A stretch of DNA of 56,592 bases, taken from positions 1-56,592 of IMG/VR virus record IMGVR_UViG_3300037722_000781. One strand, 5' to 3'. This document shows positions 19,768-28,891 of the stretch, piece by piece. Made by a program: the position numbers and the translations under genes. This DNA is from a virus. Its lineage: Duplodnaviria; Caudoviricetes. The notes below the pieces were generated by a model. That model searched no databases. It was not told the DNA's origin and saw only the letters and a program-made list of their open reading frames with translations. The number at the start of each line of letters is the position of its first letter. Position 1 is the first letter of the stretch.

Positions 19768-20411
19768 TGACCCTTTGCCGCAAGGATCGCCGCCAGCCGC
19801 TGCTGCCGTTCCACAGGCGAGAGTGCCGAGACATCGGCTGTCTCGATCGGCCCGCCGCCCTCGCCAGTCAGCACCTTGCGCTCGACCAGCTTGCCGGCGC
19901 TCTGCAGCACCAGCTTGAGCGGCTCGACCTTGTTGATGAGCTTGAATTTCTTGACCCGGCGCTCAACGCGGGCGTCCCCTCCCTCGCCCACCACGATATT
20001 TTCGCATTCGATCTCACCGACAGCCGCTAGAAGCTCGCGCGGCAGATCGTCTAGGCGTTCGGCCCTCAGAAAGTCCTGCATGTTGACGTGGCCCAGGTTC
20101 TCCAGGGCCGCCAGCGCGCGAGCAGCACGAATACCCGCTTCCTCGTCGCCGAAAAAATGCTCCCGCGCCCAGGCGAGCGTGTCCCCGGCGTTCATGATCT
20201 TGCCGGTTTCAGGGTGGCGCGGACGCGGCCCCTGCAGAATGTTGCTGCAGAGCTTCTTGTACCAGGCGCCCCTGCCATAGGCAGCCGCGCACTCCAGCAC
20301 GCGGAGCGGTGTCAGGGCCGCCTTAGCGGCACGGACAGAGGAAGTGGATGGCCCCGGGCGGCGGCTTTTCGGGCTGCTCTTTCGCTTGGCCGTCCTGGGG
20401 TTATCCTTCAT
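19764..20411 (-). CDS. terS: Terminase small subunit
   Basis: Overlaps terL; KKFKLINK...LTGEGGGPIE typical TerS C-terminus. Confidence 0.75.
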   Translation of the reverse strand: MKDNPRTAKRKSSPKSRRPGPSTSSVRAAKAALTPLRVLECAAAYGRGAWYKKLCSNILQGPRPRHPETGKIMNAGDTLAWAREHFFGDEEAGIRAARALAALENLGHVNMQDFLRAERLDDLPRELLAAVGEIECENIVVGEGGDARVERRVKKFKLINKVEPLKLVLQSAGKLVERKVLTGEGGGPIETADVSALSPVERQQRLAAILAAKGQ

Positions 20412-20703
20412 CGTCCCGTCTGACATAAAGTTCGGCGCGCGCCTCATAGGTCTCGCCGCTGCTCACGGTCACGACCACGCAACTGACCGTGTATTCAGTG
20501 CCCGCCGTGCCGCCCGAAATGGTCACATTGGCCTTGCGGCTGCTGTCCGACAGCGTATCGCCAGCAAAGGTCAGCCCCGTGGGCGTGCTGGCCCAGGTGG
20601 CGGTCGATATCGTATCGCCGGCCAGCGCGGCCCGGAAGTCGAGCGCATAGACCTTGCTCTCGCCAACCGTCTTGTCCGGGAACTGCTTCGGGAGCGTCTT
20701 CAC
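20401..20703 (-). CDS. Small beta-sandwich virion protein (fibre-adaptor-like)
   Basis: KTVGESKVYALDF...ISTATW...ISGGTAGTEYTVSC. Confidence 0.6.
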   Translation of the reverse strand: MKTLPKQFPDKTVGESKVYALDFRAALAGDTISTATWASTPTGLTFAGDTLSDSSRKANVTISGGTAGTEYTVSCVVVTVSSGETYEARAELYVRRDDEG

Positions 20704-20951
20704 CGCGTCACCAGCAAGGTACGGCTTTCAGCCGATACGGCGAGGGCACGCTGTTCGCCCAGCACCAGCAAGGATCGCTCCGGGCCGGCTTCCAGCACGA
20801 ATGGCTCGCTCAGGCCGATACCGGCGTAGAGGAACAGCAGCATGAGCCGGTCACTCGCGCTCACGCCCGTCGCCGGATTGGCCACAGGAAAGCCGAGCGG
20901 CAAGCCCAGGCCCACCATGGAAAAACGCTTGTTGCGCGTGTCGGCAGCCAT
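20700..20951 (-). CDS. Hypothetical virion-associated protein
   Basis: Translationally coupled in the 20.4-24.4 kb block. Confidence 0.55.
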   Translation of the reverse strand: MAADTRNKRFSMVGLGLPLGFPVANPATGVSASDRLMLLFLYAGIGLSEPFVLEAGPERSLLVLGEQRALAVSAESRTLLVTR

Positions 20952-22579
20952 CAAGCCCACTCGGCTCTAACTGCGGTTGTCCCGTCATCCGAGACGGCCG
21001 CGGTCGCGATATTGCCGCTGTCGGCATCGTTGCGCAGCGCCTGGGTGGTAGCCGTCTGGGTGATCTTGTTGCGCGCCAGAGTGGCAACCCAGGCAACCTG
21101 TTCCGCGATCGGCGCGTTGGCGGCCGGGACCGCTGTCGGGACCGCGTTCGCGTCGACCGCCAGGACATCGACCATCTCGGCATTGACTTCAGCGGCGGAT
21201 ATGTTGTTCAGCGCCGCCAGCCCGGCATCCAGTTCCGCCTTGGTCGGCGCGTCGTAGGCATTGAGCGCATCCGCCGCCTCGCTCTGCACCTCGGCATCCC
21301 AGGCGGCGTTCCACGGTATCGCGGTGTATTGACCACCCGTGCCGCCAGCCTCAGTCAGCCCTGCGCCGGCAGCGCCGATCTCGGCCGTATCGAGCAGGAT
21401 GGCCGCGCTGTCGCTCTTCACGGCCGCGATGTCAGCCGACACGCTGGCACCAGCCGGTGTGCCGAGCTTGTCCGCCTCTGTCTGAACATTGGCAATGTCG
21501 GTCGCGATGTCCGTATCGGCCGGCGTGCCGATGAGCGTGCTCACCTGCTCGGCAAAGCTGCCGGGCTCCGCAGTGGCGAGCAGTTGGCCCGAATCGGTGG
21601 TGAAGAGGTCGATATGGGTGTTGATCGCCGCGAAGGCCGCTGCGGCTGCGGACAGCGCGTGGGTAACCGACGGGGCGATGATGTCGATGTTGTCGGTGGT
21701 TGCGATCGTGAAAACGCCAGGATCCACTGTCAGGGTGACAGTCTTGGTGGAGCCTACGTAGCCGGCGATGTGCCCGAAGCACTTCTGGGTCGCGGTCGCG
21801 ACATCGGTGATGACCGCCGTGCAATCCTTGTAGGCGTCATCATCCGCCGAGCCGTCCGTAAGCGTGAAGCTGGTCTGGCTCGCCAGCGTGGCAATGGTGG
21901 TGGCTTGCAACAGCTCCGGCGGCGTACCCCCCGCGCCCGTTGTCCACTCCGCGTCACCCCGGTTGCGGATTGCCTCCAGCGAGTCCGTGGCGCTGCTGAA
22001 GGTGGCGCCGGCCATGTCAACGAGGTTGGCCGCGACGGTCGCGCCGGAGCCCAGATCGGAGGGCGTGCCCAGGCGGCTTTCCAGGTCGTCAACGAGGTTG
22101 TCCAGCGTCGTGCTGGTGTCCGTCTCGATCGCTGTGACACTGGCCGCCTGGGCATCGGCGTCAAGCCCGCCGGCATCGGATATGATGAGACCGCCGGCCG
22201 CGTCCGCAGCGGCAGCAGGCAGCGCCGTCAGGCCAAGGCGGACAGCATCATCGAAATCAGCCGCGTGCTGGGCGCTCGCGTTGCCATAGGTCTGCACGAC
22301 GAAGGCCTGATTCTCGACCGCCGCGTCGACCACCTGGATGGTGATGCGCGCAGCCTGCATCTCGGTAGCGGACAGCGCCCAGGTCCAGAGCACCGAGCCG
22401 GCGCCGCCAACAGCGACGGGCAGGGTGGCGATGTTGGCCACGTTGCCGCCGTCCTTGCTGACCTTCACGTCGCCCGTGGCCGGCGTCCAGTCGCCCGTGG
22501 CCGCAAAGTCGGTGTCATCGACTTTCGGTATCGGCGCCTCGAAGCTGAAAGCCACGCCATATTTCGCCAGCAGGTGCAT
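20951..22579 (-). CDS. Long Ala/Thr/Asp-rich fibre-like protein
   Basis: 542 aa; N-terminal VSKDGG beta domain, repeated LGTP-x-ADIAAV coiled segments. Confidence 0.65.
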   Translation of the reverse strand: MHLLAKYGVAFSFEAPIPKVDDTDFAATGDWTPATGDVKVSKDGGNVANIATLPVAVGGAGSVLWTWALSATEMQAARITIQVVDAAVENQAFVVQTYGNASAQHAADFDDAVRLGLTALPAAAADAAGGLIISDAGGLDADAQAASVTAIETDTSTTLDNLVDDLESRLGTPSDLGSGATVAANLVDMAGATFSSATDSLEAIRNRGDAEWTTGAGGTPPELLQATTIATLASQTSFTLTDGSADDDAYKDCTAVITDVATATQKCFGHIAGYVGSTKTVTLTVDPGVFTIATTDNIDIIAPSVTHALSAAAAAFAAINTHIDLFTTDSGQLLATAEPGSFAEQVSTLIGTPADTDIATDIANVQTEADKLGTPAGASVSADIAAVKSDSAAILLDTAEIGAAGAGLTEAGGTGGQYTAIPWNAAWDAEVQSEAADALNAYDAPTKAELDAGLAALNNISAAEVNAEMVDVLAVDANAVPTAVPAANAPIAEQVAWVATLARNKITQTATTQALRNDADSGNIATAAVSDDGTTAVRAEWA

Positions 22580-23979
22580 TAGATGCCTCTCGCTATGCCG
22601 CGCGCCACGCCGCGAGCTATACCGCGTCGATTGTCATTGGCCCCACCGGACGGCGCCACGAAGGCCGCGAACTCGATCGAGACCAGACTCTGACGGGCAG
22701 GCGTGGCAGCCACAGTGGCGCTCACCGTGGCCCCGCCGGCCGTGGCCCTGATCTCGTAAGAGCCCGCAATGGTGTGCTCGACGCCACCCGTCGCGACATC
22801 GGCGAACTCGGTGCCGTTGGCGTAGTGCGTGTACGAACTGGCGATATTGGCCATCGCGCAATTGACCAGCAGGGCGTCATCGGCCGCCGTGGTAACGGTG
22901 CCGCCAACTGTCGTGTCCGTCTCGCCGGTGAAGTGATCGGTGTCGACAACCGCGCCCTGGCCAAGGCCGGAGGCCATGATCGCGATCAGGGAGAGGGGGC
23001 CGCTGTCAGTTCCGGAATCGGCCCGGATTGTGTAAGTGCCGCTGGCCGGAATATCGGCGTCCTTCAACCGCCAGGCCTGGATGTTGACGCAAATGCTGTC
23101 GGGGCAGTGCGCGAAGACGCCGAGATAGTCAAACGTAACTTCATCGCCGCCGCCGGGATCGAGCGTCACGCTATCGACGACCTCTTCGGCCGTCGGGTCC
23201 GACTCGTCTCCGGTGAAGGCGATGATCTGGCGGTTGGCCGCGCCGGCGACATTGAAGTTCTCAATGTCGACCGTGGTGCCCGTGTTCGCGAAGTTCGAGC
23301 CGGTTTCTTCGATGACAATGCCGCCGGCCGGCTCCGCCGCTGGCCGCACTACCAGCGTGTTCGTGACGTAGGCTTCGCTCTCGGACAGCGTGAAGTTGTC
23401 CGGGTCGTCGCTCGCCGCCGTCAGCGCGCGGAAAGCCGCGCCGCATGAGCAACTGCTGTTGGTGCCGGTGGCGCTCTCGACGGACACCAAGTCCGTATAG
23501 TTGGTCGGTGCGGCAGTGAAGCTGGCGCTGTCATCCGCCAGCGCGCCGACCGCAATAAAGAGGTTGTCTTCCGCGCCCCAGGACGCGGTGACGGGCGGCA
23601 CGTTGGGCGATATGTTGATCTGGACAGCGGCAGTGCCGATCTCGATCCCGGAAAGGTTCTTGAACCACTCGGCAGCCGGAATCCGGACGACAATGGCCGT
23701 GCCCACAGTGGCACTATCGACCACCGCCGTCGCCGTGCCGCCGTCTTCCGTGCCGGCCGCGACCTTCGCATAGATGGCCAGGTTCGCTATGTCGGAGCGG
23801 TTGACCTGCGCCATGACCTGCGTGAAGCCGGCGGGCGGCGTGGCGATGTTGTTGGTCGCCGCGCCCAGCCAGCTATAGACGACGATCAGAGCATCGTTCG
23901 CATCAACAGTGGCGGGGAGATTGGCCGCCTGGTTGACTGTCGCGGAGCCTATTACGGTAGTGGTCGTGGAGTAGGCCAT
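22579..23979 (-). CDS. Two-domain beta-rich structural protein with C-terminal RG[IV]A repeats
   Basis: 466 aa Thr/Ala-rich; TPPAGFT motif; ends RRGIARGVARGIARGI. Confidence 0.65.
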   Translation of the reverse strand: MAYSTTTTVIGSATVNQAANLPATVDANDALIVVYSWLGAATNNIATPPAGFTQVMAQVNRSDIANLAIYAKVAAGTEDGGTATAVVDSATVGTAIVVRIPAAEWFKNLSGIEIGTAAVQINISPNVPPVTASWGAEDNLFIAVGALADDSASFTAAPTNYTDLVSVESATGTNSSCSCGAAFRALTAASDDPDNFTLSESEAYVTNTLVVRPAAEPAGGIVIEETGSNFANTGTTVDIENFNVAGAANRQIIAFTGDESDPTAEEVVDSVTLDPGGGDEVTFDYLGVFAHCPDSICVNIQAWRLKDADIPASGTYTIRADSGTDSGPLSLIAIMASGLGQGAVVDTDHFTGETDTTVGGTVTTAADDALLVNCAMANIASSYTHYANGTEFADVATGGVEHTIAGSYEIRATAGGATVSATVAATPARQSLVSIEFAAFVAPSGGANDNRRGIARGVARGIARGI

Positions 23980-24383
23980 CAGCCCACCTTGGTTGACGCC
24001 ACCACGGCCTCAAGTTTCGCAATCGCGTTCGCAATCGAAGGCGACGCCGGATCGACGGGACTTTCCGCCAAGGCGTTCAACGCGGTCGTGGCTTCTGTCA
24101 GAGCTACGGTAACGCGTTGGAATATCCGGACCACGTCCACCGTATCATCGCGCCACTGCTGTTTGGCTTCTTCCGCCACGCCGGCGACAGTCGCCAATTC
24201 GGCCATGCGGTCAAGCGTGCCCTGCGTCTTGTCGGCGAAGCCCGCCATCTCGCTCGCCGTGATCCGCTGGCCGTTCGCCGCGTCGACCAGGTTCTGCGAA
24301 AACGTGCGCACCCGACGGACCAGCAGGACCACTTCCGCGAAAGTTTCTGCCGGCAACGGGGAAACCGGAAATTCATCGGCCAT
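23979..24383 (-). CDS. Hypothetical helical protein
   Basis: AGGAG RBS; coupled to downstream gene. Confidence 0.6.
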   Translation of the reverse strand: MADEFPVSPLPAETFAEVVLLVRRVRTFSQNLVDAANGQRITASEMAGFADKTQGTLDRMAELATVAGVAEEAKQQWRDDTVDVVRIFQRVTVALTEATTALNALAESPVDPASPSIANAIAKLEAVVASTKVG

Positions 24384-24425
24384 ACCATGGCTCCTTGACA
24401 AAAAGACAACCAGAGCGTTCAGTTG

Positions 24426-24809
24426 ATGGGCGCCATGACCCGTTCCAGCTTCATTGACCGCCCACAGGAGGTCGTCATGTGGTTTCTGTTCTGGCCCGTC
24501 TTCGTCTGGACGTGCGTCTATGCTGGCTTCCTGCTGGGCGACCCTGAGCCCGCCCCGTGGCCGGTCAGCGCGGGCCTGTGGCTCGTCGGCGTCGCGGTCT
24601 TCGGCCTCATCGGCTGGAGCGCGCGGCCCAGGCCAGCCCTGGCGCTAACGGACGAGCGCGTCAGACGGCCGACTGGCCGCAGGGCGGCAGAGATGATCGC
24701 CACCGTCCTGCTATCGCCCATCATCTTCATGGGCGTGTGCGCCATGGTGATCGAGGCCGCGGTCCGGCCCGAACGGCACGGCCCGGACAGCAGATGGCCG
24801 CTGGTTTGA
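24426..24809 (+). CDS. Membrane protein (3 TM)
   Basis: Hydrophobic helices; TTGACA at 24395-24400 upstream. Confidence 0.65.
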   Translation: MGAMTRSSFIDRPQEVVMWFLFWPVFVWTCVYAGFLLGDPEPAPWPVSAGLWLVGVAVFGLIGWSARPRPALALTDERVRRPTGRRAAEMIATVLLSPIIFMGVCAMVIEAAVRPERHGPDSRWPLV

Positions 24810-25008
24810 ACCTTCTTCGCGTCTGCTACCATTTCATGCTCCCAAGGGCCGGCATCCTGGTGGATAGCTCCATCTGGCCGAAAGTCCTGCCCGTCTTTCC
24901 TGTACCGCCGGCCATACCCTCCTGGCCGGCTGAATTTGCTTAACTATTTTCCCGTACCGCGCGCCCCGGGTCTGGGGTAAGCTACCCAGCCCTGCAATGG
25001 AGGCGATC

Positions 25009-25200
25009 ATGCGAATTTTCACCCTGGCCGCTCTTGGCTGGACCGTCATTGCCACCGTGTTTCTCACCGGCATGGTGCCGGACGAGCGCTGGGCCGAGCG
25101 CTACTGGATCAGTGGCATGCTGATCTGGGCTGCCGGGATTCTGCTGCTGCTGCTCGTGCGCGTGGCCGTGCATGGGCTCAAGCGCGCCCTGGAGCACTGA
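25009..25200 (+). CDS. Small two-TM protein
   Basis: GGAGG RBS; two hydrophobic segments. Confidence 0.65.
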   Translation: MRIFTLAALGWTVIATVFLTGMVPDERWAERYWISGMLIWAAGILLLLLVRVAVHGLKRALEH

Positions 25201-25346
25201 TGCCGTTCATCCTGACCGTGATCGGCACTTGCGTCTGGGCCTACGGCTTCATCTACCTGAGCCACACCGGGTCGATGTTCTGGTTCACCGTCGGCGTCGT
25301 CATCCTGGTCCTGGCCTGCGGCTGGCCCCACAGGAACCGCCGATGA
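25200..25346 (+). CDS. Small two-TM protein (48 aa, below ORF-track cutoff)
   Basis: TGATG coupling; MPFILTVIGTCVWAYGFIYLSHTGSMFWFTVGVVILVLACGWPHRNRR. Confidence 0.65.
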   Translation: MPFILTVIGTCVWAYGFIYLSHTGSMFWFTVGVVILVLACGWPHRNRR

Positions 25347-25356
25347 TGACGCCCCG

Positions 25357-25557
25357 ATGACCGAGGCAGACAGAATCGACGCGCTGTTCGACTGCGCCAT
25401 GGTCCTGGCGGTTTTCGCGGTCCTGGCTATCCTGGGCTTCGGCGGCGTCGCCGGGCTGCGCTGGCTTGGCCTCGATATGTCCTACTGGTGGGCCGGGCTA
25501 CCGGCTGCACTGGCGCTGCTGTTCCTGGCGTGGCTGCTGATCAAGGCCCGGATATGA
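25357..25557 (+). CDS. Small two-TM protein
   Basis: Two hydrophobic segments. Confidence 0.65.
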   Translation: MTEADRIDALFDCAMVLAVFAVLAILGFGGVAGLRWLGLDMSYWWAGLPAALALLFLAWLLIKARI

Positions 25558-25787
25558 ATAGCCGGGAACTCGCAGCCGAGACCGCCGCCCGCCTGGCCGA
25601 TCGCTGGCTGGCTGGTGAGCATGAAGCCGTCATGCGCGAGATCGCGTCAGCGAGCCGTCCGGAGCTGGCCGCCTGGATAGGCGCTTGCATCGCGCTGCAC
25701 ATCACTGGGCAGGACGGCCGGGACGCCGCTCCCTTCCTTGAACTGCTCTGGAGCACCGCCAAGACCAGGAAGGCGAAGAGAGCATGA
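25554..25787 (+). CDS. Hypothetical protein
   Basis: ATGA coupling on both sides. Confidence 0.55.
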   Translation: MNSRELAAETAARLADRWLAGEHEAVMREIASASRPELAAWIGACIALHITGQDGRDAAPFLELLWSTAKTRKAKRA

Positions 25788-26014
25788 CGCAGCCACCGGA
25801 ACGCCCTGGACGGTCGGCCGCCCTGACCATCGCCGGGCTGCTCGTCGCCGTCGTGCTGCTGCTGAACGGCTGCTGGCTGACCAGCCTACCCATGATTATC
25901 GGACAGAGCGTCGGCAATCTGGCAATCGATGCCGGGATAGCGGCGCAGAAACACGGCGAAGCGGGCGGCAAAGCAGAGACCATGCCTGAGAAACCGCCGG
26001 GCAGGGTGCCTTAG
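25784..26014 (+). CDS. Membrane/lipoprotein candidate
   Basis: LLVAVVLLLNGC lipobox-like. Confidence 0.5.
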   Translation: MTQPPERPGRSAALTIAGLLVAVVLLLNGCWLTSLPMIIGQSVGNLAIDAGIAAQKHGEAGGKAETMPEKPPGRVP

Positions 26015-26113
26015 TCGTCGTAAGGCCTGTGGCGCTGCGCAGCATCATAGGCCACGCGGCTTACAACCTGCAGCGCAGGGTCGACCATGATGATGGAATG
26101 GGTGTCCATACCC

Positions 26114-26293
26114 TCAACCACCCTTGCCCTTCGCCCGAGCCGCGTGCATGGCCCGGTAGACCTTGATTGCCAATTCGGCGTAAGTGCCCCGCACGTCAAT
26201 CTCAACACCCTCGCCGCAAGCAGCGTCCACGCCAGCCTCGATCATCTCCTCCGTGATCTCGGCTTCGTCGGGCTCCGGCTCATCAGGCGACAT
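26114..26293 (-). CDS. Hypothetical phage protein
   Basis: EITEEMIEAG...VYRAM motif common in small phage proteins. Confidence 0.55.
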   Translation of the reverse strand: MSPDEPEPDEAEITEEMIEAGVDAACGEGVEIDVRGTYAELAIKVYRAMHAARAKGKGG

Positions 26294-26489
26294 CAGATTC
26301 AGCCTCCTTCTCCTTTGCCGGCCTGGTCTCAAAGAAACCGCGCCCAACCTGAAAGTCATAGTTGACGTGCGGCAGATCAGGGACGAAGTGTTCGAGGCCA
26401 TTCAGCGCCAGCACGATCCGCTCCAGCGCCGCGACGCGCCGCTCCAGCTCGGCAACGCGCGATGAGTCCGGCTGTTTCGCTCCCGCCAT
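26283..26489 (-). CDS. Hypothetical coiled-coil protein
   Basis: RVAELERRVAALE. Confidence 0.5.
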   Translation of the reverse strand: MAGAKQPDSSRVAELERRVAALERIVLALNGLEHFVPDLPHVNYDFQVGRGFFETRPAKEKEAESDVA

Positions 26490-26682
26490 GCTTCAGCCCT
26501 TTCCCTTACCCTTCGCCCGGTCAGCCTTGCGGAACTCCTTGGCCACCTTCTTGGACGGGCAATCGGCAGGTCCGGGCATCACCCAGGCTCCATCATCTTG
26601 AACTTGGCCGCCTCCAGCAAGCCCAGACTCGTGTGCGGGTCGGGGCTGGCCGCGTAGTATTTGGTCACCCTTGCGCCGCGAT

Positions 26683-27000
26683 CTACCTAGTCGCGCTCGT
26701 CAAAGCCAAGCCAGCAGCAGACCGAGCCCGTTTGGACATCTTTGGGTCGCGCAACACTCTGGCGACAGCTGATGCAATCTTGCCATTCTCATCGTCGACT
26801 TTCTCGACCAACCCGAGAACGACCGCGTCCTCGCGGTTAAGCAGCAGCTCCGCAGTGTGGTCGCGGGAGAGCGCGAGCAGGATGCTGATGCAGTCCGACC
26901 GATGCTTGGTGACCTGAGGCTCATGCAGCCCCTCGATACCCTGCTGCACCACGATGTCGCGGATCAGGCGATAGCGGGCGGCCTTGTTCCTTTTGGCCAT
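26683..27000 (-). CDS. Hypothetical protein
   Basis: Coupled ORF. Confidence 0.5.
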   Translation of the reverse strand: MAKRNKAARYRLIRDIVVQQGIEGLHEPQVTKHRSDCISILLALSRDHTAELLLNREDAVVLGLVEKVDDENGKIASAVARVLRDPKMSKRARSAAGLALTSATR

Positions 27001-27335
27001 CACGCGGCCTCCGCTTCCTCGCCGCCCACTGGCATCGGACCAAAGGGCCGAACCTTCCCGTAGCGGCTGGAAAACTCGTGCTCTTCGGCATCGAACCGGG
27101 CAACGGTCCGGCCATCGGCATTCATGACGTAGGCCCGGCCCGGCACGAAATAGCGCTCGCCCTCGTCATCGCCCACATGACGCACAATGGCCACGGCATG
27201 CGCCTCGCCATCGGGGTCGTCCCCGTCCACGAGACGCAGGAAGCTGATCTCCTCCAGGTTCCCGACCAAATGAAACTGCTTGGCGGGCTCGTCATCGGCC
27301 ATCTGCTCGACCGACATGATCTTCAGCGTGAACAT
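27000..27335 (-). CDS. Hypothetical protein
   Basis: GAGG RBS; AYVMNADGRTV motif. Confidence 0.65.
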   Translation of the reverse strand: MFTLKIMSVEQMADDEPAKQFHLVGNLEEISFLRLVDGDDPDGEAHAVAIVRHVGDDEGERYFVPGRAYVMNADGRTVARFDAEEHEFSSRYGKVRPFGPMPVGGEEAEAA

Positions 27336-27365
27336 GGTCTAGTCCTCGTTCTGGTAGTGCCTGCT

Positions 27366-27617
27366 TCAGGGCAGCAGGCTGGCCCGGTAAGCTTTCATCA
27401 AGGCCCTGCGGCCAGGGACGCGGAAGAACGCCAGCGCCAGCTCGTTGAGATCGACATCGCAGCGCTCGCAGACGCCAAGCCAGCGGTTGTCGTTGGCGTA
27501 GCACTGCCACTGATGATGCGATGGTGCTCCGCAGCGGCTACACGGCACGCGGCCGATGCCGCGCGGTGTGTAGCGCTCGCGGCGGCCGACGTAGGCTGGC
27601 TTCACACGGCTACCCAC
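27366..27617 (-). CDS. Cys-rich zinc-binding protein
   Basis: CSRC, QWQC, CERC. Confidence 0.55.
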   Translation of the reverse strand: MGSRVKPAYVGRRERYTPRGIGRVPCSRCGAPSHHQWQCYANDNRWLGVCERCDVDLNELALAFFRVPGRRALMKAYRASLLP

Positions 27618-27795
27618 TCAGCGCTTCCTTGGCCAGCAGCATGACCCTCAGGTACTCGGCCACGTAGCCGGGCACAGCCACGCGGCCCGTTGCCCAGGCC
27701 GATACCGTGTTGCGATGCACGCCAAGGCGCCGGCCCAGCTCGTTGCCGGACCAACCAAGAATCTGAAGAGCGGCAGTCAGAGCGGCGGCGGTCAT
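27610..27795 (-). CDS. XRE-type HTH protein
   Basis: LGWSGNELGRRLGVHRNTVSAWATG. Confidence 0.8.
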   Translation of the reverse strand: MTAAALTAALQILGWSGNELGRRLGVHRNTVSAWATGRVAVPGYVAEYLRVMLLAKEALSG

Positions 27796-28136
27796 CCTCG
27801 GCGGCGGGCGAAGGGACAGTAGCCCTTGGGCGGCAACGGGCGGCGCCAGCTCATGCGGCCGAAACCCTCAGCCTCAGGATGCATCCCCAGAGCCCACCCC
27901 TCGCCTTCCGGCTTGCTGTCCTCCTGTGTGCCGCAGGGCGCTTCCTCATATTCCGTCTCGCCCCACTCCCACGCCATGCAGTCGCTACCGACACAGAAGC
28001 GGGGGCCGCGAGGGGCAACCATTTTCAAGTCGCCATAAGTCTCAACAATGTCTTGCCTGGGCTCGCCGCACCCATCCGGCCCGCAGCAGTGTTTTCCGCG
28101 CGCCGCCTCGTCCGTAACCAGCATTTTCACCTCCAT
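27792..28136 (-). CDS. Cys-rich phage protein (paralog of 43079-43378)
   Basis: CVGSDCMAWEW...GYC. Confidence 0.6.
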   Translation of the reverse strand: MEVKMLVTDEAARGKHCCGPDGCGEPRQDIVETYGDLKMVAPRGPRFCVGSDCMAWEWGETEYEEAPCGTQEDSKPEGEGWALGMHPEAEGFGRMSWRRPLPPKGYCPFARRRG

Positions 28137-28195
28137 TGTGATACCAGCACGTCACTTTACCACAATGGCGGTGCGGCTAGTAGCCTAAACCGCCC

Positions 28196-28891
28196 TCACA
28201 GCCCCGTCCCGCCAATGCTGCGGTTGCCGCGGCTGGCCAGCGAGCGCATGGCACGGGCCGCCCGGTTGGCGCCCACCACGTCGCGGAAACCCTGCGTGAG
28301 AGGCTTGGGCGCGATCTCGCCCCCCACCACGCCCGGCAGCGGCCCGAAGAGGCTGTTGGCCAGCGAAAGCCCGCCCGCCACCGTGCTGACACCGGGGATC
28401 CCCGAGTAGCTCAGGCCCTCCAGGACATCGCCCCCGAGCTGGCCGAAGCCGATCTGCGCTCGTGCCCGTGAGGCCAATGCGTTGTTGTCCACAGGCGAGC
28501 CAGGGCCTACCTCGGGGCCGCGCCCGTCGCCTCTGCCATAAGCCGACAGGGCATTGTCCGGCACGCCAGCATGAGCAAGGTTGAAGCCCTCGATCCGGCC
28601 CATCGCTTCCGGCGTCGGGTTGTCGCTGAACGCACCCACGTTGCCGAAGTCAGCCTGGGTGAAGAACGCCCGCGTCAGGTTGCGTGCGTAGGCCGCCCCA
28701 GGGCCGGGCTGGGACGTGTCCGGGACAGGCAGGCCCGTGTAGGGGTCGTACAGCCCTTGCGCCCCGCCACCGCGCTCCCGAACGTCACGGCGGGCATTGT
28801 CCTGCACGGATTGGAGCGGGATCAGCCCTTCGGCCGGGCGCTGCGGCTTTCCGTAGCCGGCTGCCTTCACATCTGCGGAGGTGAGGGGCAT
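28196..28891 (-). CDS. Gly/Pro-rich protein, putative displaced internal virion protein
   Basis: 231 aa; DNAL and NNAL motifs; glycine-rich IPGVSTVAGGLSLA. Confidence 0.6.
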   Translation of the reverse strand: MPLTSADVKAAGYGKPQRPAEGLIPLQSVQDNARRDVRERGGGAQGLYDPYTGLPVPDTSQPGPGAAYARNLTRAFFTQADFGNVGAFSDNPTPEAMGRIEGFNLAHAGVPDNALSAYGRGDGRGPEVGPGSPVDNNALASRARAQIGFGQLGGDVLEGLSYSGIPGVSTVAGGLSLANSLFGPLPGVVGGEIAPKPLTQGFRDVVGANRAARAMRSLASRGNRSIGGTGL

